The notes below the pieces were generated by a model. It did not search any database and was not told the origin of the DNA. It saw nothing but the letters and a program-made list of their open reading frames with translations. This document shows, one piece after another, positions 61,218 through 64,000 of a DNA stretch of 64,000 bases. Source of the DNA: Microcoleus sp. (GTDB lineage Bacteria; Cyanobacteriota; Cyanobacteriia; Cyanobacteriales; Microcoleaceae); the NCBI GenBank assembly GCA_042408215.1, contig JAYFMW010000006.1, positions 928,001-992,000 of the forward strand, given 5' to 3'. Each line of letters starts with the position of its first letter. Positions within the stretch are counted from its first letter, which is position 1. The position numbers and the translations under genes were made by a program.

Positions 61218-62114
61218 ATGAAATTTTTAGATTCCGAACAGCAACATATCTTTGTCGAAACCAACAATATCCGCTTGCATTGCGTTGCTCAAGGCGAGGG
61301 CGAGCTCGTTTTGCTCCTGCACGGGTTTCCAGAGTTTTGGTACTCTTGGCGGCACCAAATTCCTGCCTTGGCGCGTCATTTTAAGGTTGTGGTGCCGGAT
61401 TTGCGGGGCTATAACGATTCGGATAAGCCGGAAAGTGGCTATGATTTAGATACGCTGAGTGCGGATATTCGCGGTTTGATCGATCGGCTCGGCTATACAA
61501 AAGCACACATAGTCGGCCATGATTGGGGAGGCGTTATCGCGTGGCATTTAGCTCAAAAATTCCCTGAAAAACTCAACAGCTTGGCAATTTTAAACGCTCC
61601 ACACCCGCAGCGATTTGTGCAGGAAATGGTGAGCAATTTAGATCAAATCCGCCGCAGTTGGTACGTTTTGGCTTTTCAGGTTCCCGGTATTCCCGAATGG
61701 TTGATTCAGCAAAACTTGAAAAATTTTGTGCACAATGTTTTCCAAGGACAAGCTATTCGCAAAGGAGCTTTTAGCGCTGAGGAAACTAAGATTTATCAGA
61801 CGGCTTTGGAAAAGCCGGGAGTATTGGCGGCGGCGGTGAATTATTACCGGCAGATGTTTCACCCGCAGAGGCTGTGGAATTTGGGGCAGAAATGGGAACC
61901 CGTGAAAGTACCTACTTTGGTGCTTTGGGGAGAAGAAGATGGGTTTTTGAGCCCCAAACTTGTAGAAGGTTTAGACCGGTTAATTACTGCTCCGTTTAAG
62001 TTAAAATTAGTCCCGAATTGCGGGCACTGGATTCAGCAAGAAGTGCCGCAAACGGTGAATCGAGAATTGCTGAGTTTTCTCAGAAGTTCTTCTGGTTCTT
62101 TGGTTTTGGGATAA
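61218..62114 (+). CDS. Alpha/beta hydrolase (epoxide hydrolase-like)
   Basis: HGFPEFWYSWR, GHDWG, GHW motifs. Confidence 0.9.
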   Translation: MKFLDSEQQHIFVETNNIRLHCVAQGEGELVLLLHGFPEFWYSWRHQIPALARHFKVVVPDLRGYNDSDKPESGYDLDTLSADIRGLIDRLGYTKAHIVGHDWGGVIAWHLAQKFPEKLNSLAILNAPHPQRFVQEMVSNLDQIRRSWYVLAFQVPGIPEWLIQQNLKNFVHNVFQGQAIRKGAFSAEETKIYQTALEKPGVLAAAVNYYRQMFHPQRLWNLGQKWEPVKVPTLVLWGEEDGFLSPKLVEGLDRLITAPFKLKLVPNCGHWIQQEVPQTVNRELLSFLRSSSGSLVLG

Positions 62115-62472
62115 ATATTACCCGAAATCAGGAGACGGCAGTGCCGTTTCCCTACAATATTATTTTGAGGTAGGGACACGGCAATGCCGTGTCCTCAGTA
62201 TCATCTCGATCGTGCAACCGGAATTGCTATAATACCAATTTTTTATGAGGCTGCATAGAATCTGATCCCCCCTAACCCCCCTTAATAAGGGGGGGACAAG
62301 AGGGTGGTCAAAGTCACCCCCTACTCCCCTTATTAAGGGGGATTTAGGGGGATCGAAATATATGCAACGACCTATTAAATTGGTATAACAGGTCATTTGT
62401 TATTAGTTGTTTGTTCTAATAACTAATAACCAATAACCCATGCCCCATGCCCAAGCCCCATTCCCAAAATCA

Positions 62473-62697
62473 TTAATCCCAGAGCAAATTTTCTTTAATC
62501 AACAGTGCAATCATCGCGGTTCTGGAACAAACACTGAGTTTGATAAAAATTCGGCGCACGTAAGTAGCAACCGTCCAGTGGCTGATATTTAAATGTTTGG
62601 CAATACATTTATTTGGCAGACCTTGGGCTACTAATTGGGCGATCGCTCTTTCCCGTGGACTTAGGCTAATTACCGGTTTGTAACTTGTGCTTTGCAT
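62473..62697 (-). CDS. LuxR-type HTH protein (DNA-binding domain only)
   Basis: LSPRE...VAQGLPNK.IA..L.IS..TV..Y...IF.KL. Confidence 0.85.
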   Translation of the reverse strand: MQSTSYKPVISLSPRERAIAQLVAQGLPNKCIAKHLNISHWTVATYVRRIFIKLSVCSRTAMIALLIKENLLWD

Positions 62698-63200
62698 AAT
62701 TTTGCTATCAGAAAATCAGTTAAAATCTCATCAATTAATGGCATAATTCCGAGTTTTTTTCGCACTTCAGATCGGGGAGTTTCCCCATCGGATTCAACGT
62801 CCAACTCAGTTAGGCGATCAACTATTTTTCCCTGTCTTAAACCTTTGATCGTCAGCCAGAACGTGCAATTGCCACTTAGCAGTCCAACTAACACTAAAAT
62901 CGCACAGTCAGGGCGAAATACTTGAGCACGAGTAAACGCTTGAAGTACGAATTCATCTTCGACTGAAGGTGAAAGACCAGTCAAAACCTGCCAAACCTCG
63001 TGGTTTCGCTGAATCCAGTCTCCCGATCCGATCGGCTCAAAGCCTTGCTCATCCAGAAATCGCGCCACTGAGCACCCTAATGTTCTTGCCGGCAGTTGGC
63101 GCAATTTTTCCAAGTCAATTTCTAATTTTAGACCGCTCTCAATTTGAGGATTAATTTTTTGAGCCATCTTTAATATAACTTCTAATTCAGAATCTGCCAT
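62670..63200 (-). CDS. Coq4-like protein with degenerate metal motif
   Basis: IDLEKLRQLP..TLG; HEVWQVLTG in place of HDxxHVLTG; E..LQAF..AQ. Confidence 0.55.
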   Translation of the reverse strand: MADSELEVILKMAQKINPQIESGLKLEIDLEKLRQLPARTLGCSVARFLDEQGFEPIGSGDWIQRNHEVWQVLTGLSPSVEDEFVLQAFTRAQVFRPDCAILVLVGLLSGNCTFWLTIKGLRQGKIVDRLTELDVESDGETPRSEVRKKLGIMPLIDEILTDFLIAKLCKAQVTNR

Positions 63201-63796
63201 GATTTATTCTCCCTGGAGCAAGGATTTAATTTGCCTCAGAATTTAATTGGCGTTTGTCAAGTTCATTTGTGTTGGAGAGCAACTTGATTTTTTGAGTGTG
63301 TTACCTCAGAAATACGAATTTCTGTTGAACCAATCCAGTTTCAGGAACCTTTGCATTTCTTTACAAACAGCCTGAGATGTGAAATCTGCCAACTGTAAAA
63401 ATCGTCCTAGTGTTGCTAAGACCAACTTCACCCGACGGGGACTACTCCGTAAAATCCACAGTATTGAGCGGTGATTACAACTCCTTACTTACGTAGATAA
63501 ATTTATTTTGATGCGAATTATTTGCACCTGCAATGAGTCAGAAGTGACAGCGTGTAGGCTCATTCCTAGGGGTGATTCCAAGTGAAGAGAGTTGAAGTAA
63601 GCCGAAGTAGGGTGAAGTTTTGCAGAATTGAGGCGGGCGGGCAGGATTCCCATCCCACAAAAGCTCAAATTAGTGACAATCTTTTGAGCGCTGGCTCCCG
63701 CCCTATCGCTCAAATGAGTGTCACTAGATCGAGCGACTGGCCAAGTAGTTTCACCAATAGCTATAAATAAAGTATAGATTCATCCAAAGTGTGGCC

Positions 63797-64000
63797 ATGA
63801 AAAAACATTATATCTGGTTATCCGCAGCAGTTTTGTCTTTATTTTGGTGCGGCGCTGCTAGCGCTACTACTTATATTAATGCCGACACTGGCAAAACTTC
63901 GTTCAACCTCTCCGAAAAAGGGAATAATCCCGGAGGTTTTTATTATACCAAAGTAGGCGATCGCGAATTTTTAGGCCATCTTAAAATTCGAGGTTCTGAA
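63797..64000 (+). CDS. Secreted protein, 5' part (runs off window)
   Basis: MKKHYIWLSAAVLSLFWCGAASA signal peptide; frame open to the window end. Confidence 0.65.
   Translation, partial: MKKHYIWLSAAVLSLFWCGAASATTYINADTGKTSFNLSEKGNNPGGFYYTKVGDREFLGHLKIRGSE

Noticed and set aside
1..64000. tRNA/rRNA genes and prophage
   Set aside because: No cloverleaf, rRNA signature, integrase or phage structural gene recognised by eye

Overview
This is cyanobacterial DNA, probably a filamentous Oscillatoriales strain (inferred from frequent HIP1 GCGATCGC sites, heptamer tandem repeats, nblB and petC). The main feature is a ~26 kb sulfur/low-oxygen island (3.9-30.1 kb). In it, a type I sulfide:quinone oxidoreductase gene lies divergent from an 18-gene, ~14 kb operon. 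That operon starts with a heterodisulfide-reductase-like set (hdrC1-DUF2202-hdrB1-hdrA-hdrC2-hdrB2), an order resembling the sulfur-oxidising sHdr system, but no lipoate-binding protein, TusA, DsrE or MvhD gene is visible. It continues with a PetC2-type Rieske protein, two sulfurtransferases, a His-tailed NifX-like protein, an atypical TrxB-like flavoprotein and an orphan PAS-PAS-GAF kinase. A second module holds a type II SQR, persulfide dioxygenase, two YeeE/YedE proteins and SulP. The rest of the window has two tnpB-only IS200/IS605 elements and two orphan remnants of this family. It also has a 1622-bp direct repeat carrying an Rpn nuclease gene around a transporter cassette, with copy 2 disabled by a start-codon mutation and an IS701-like insertion. 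Housekeeping genes include the tmk 5' end, a Cu ATPase, a Ctp protease, ispG, tamB, murQ, nblB and dacB. Three genes are frameshifted, and many MITE/REP/STRR repeats occur, some in frame within genes. All family assignments come from motif recognition by eye; no searches were run.
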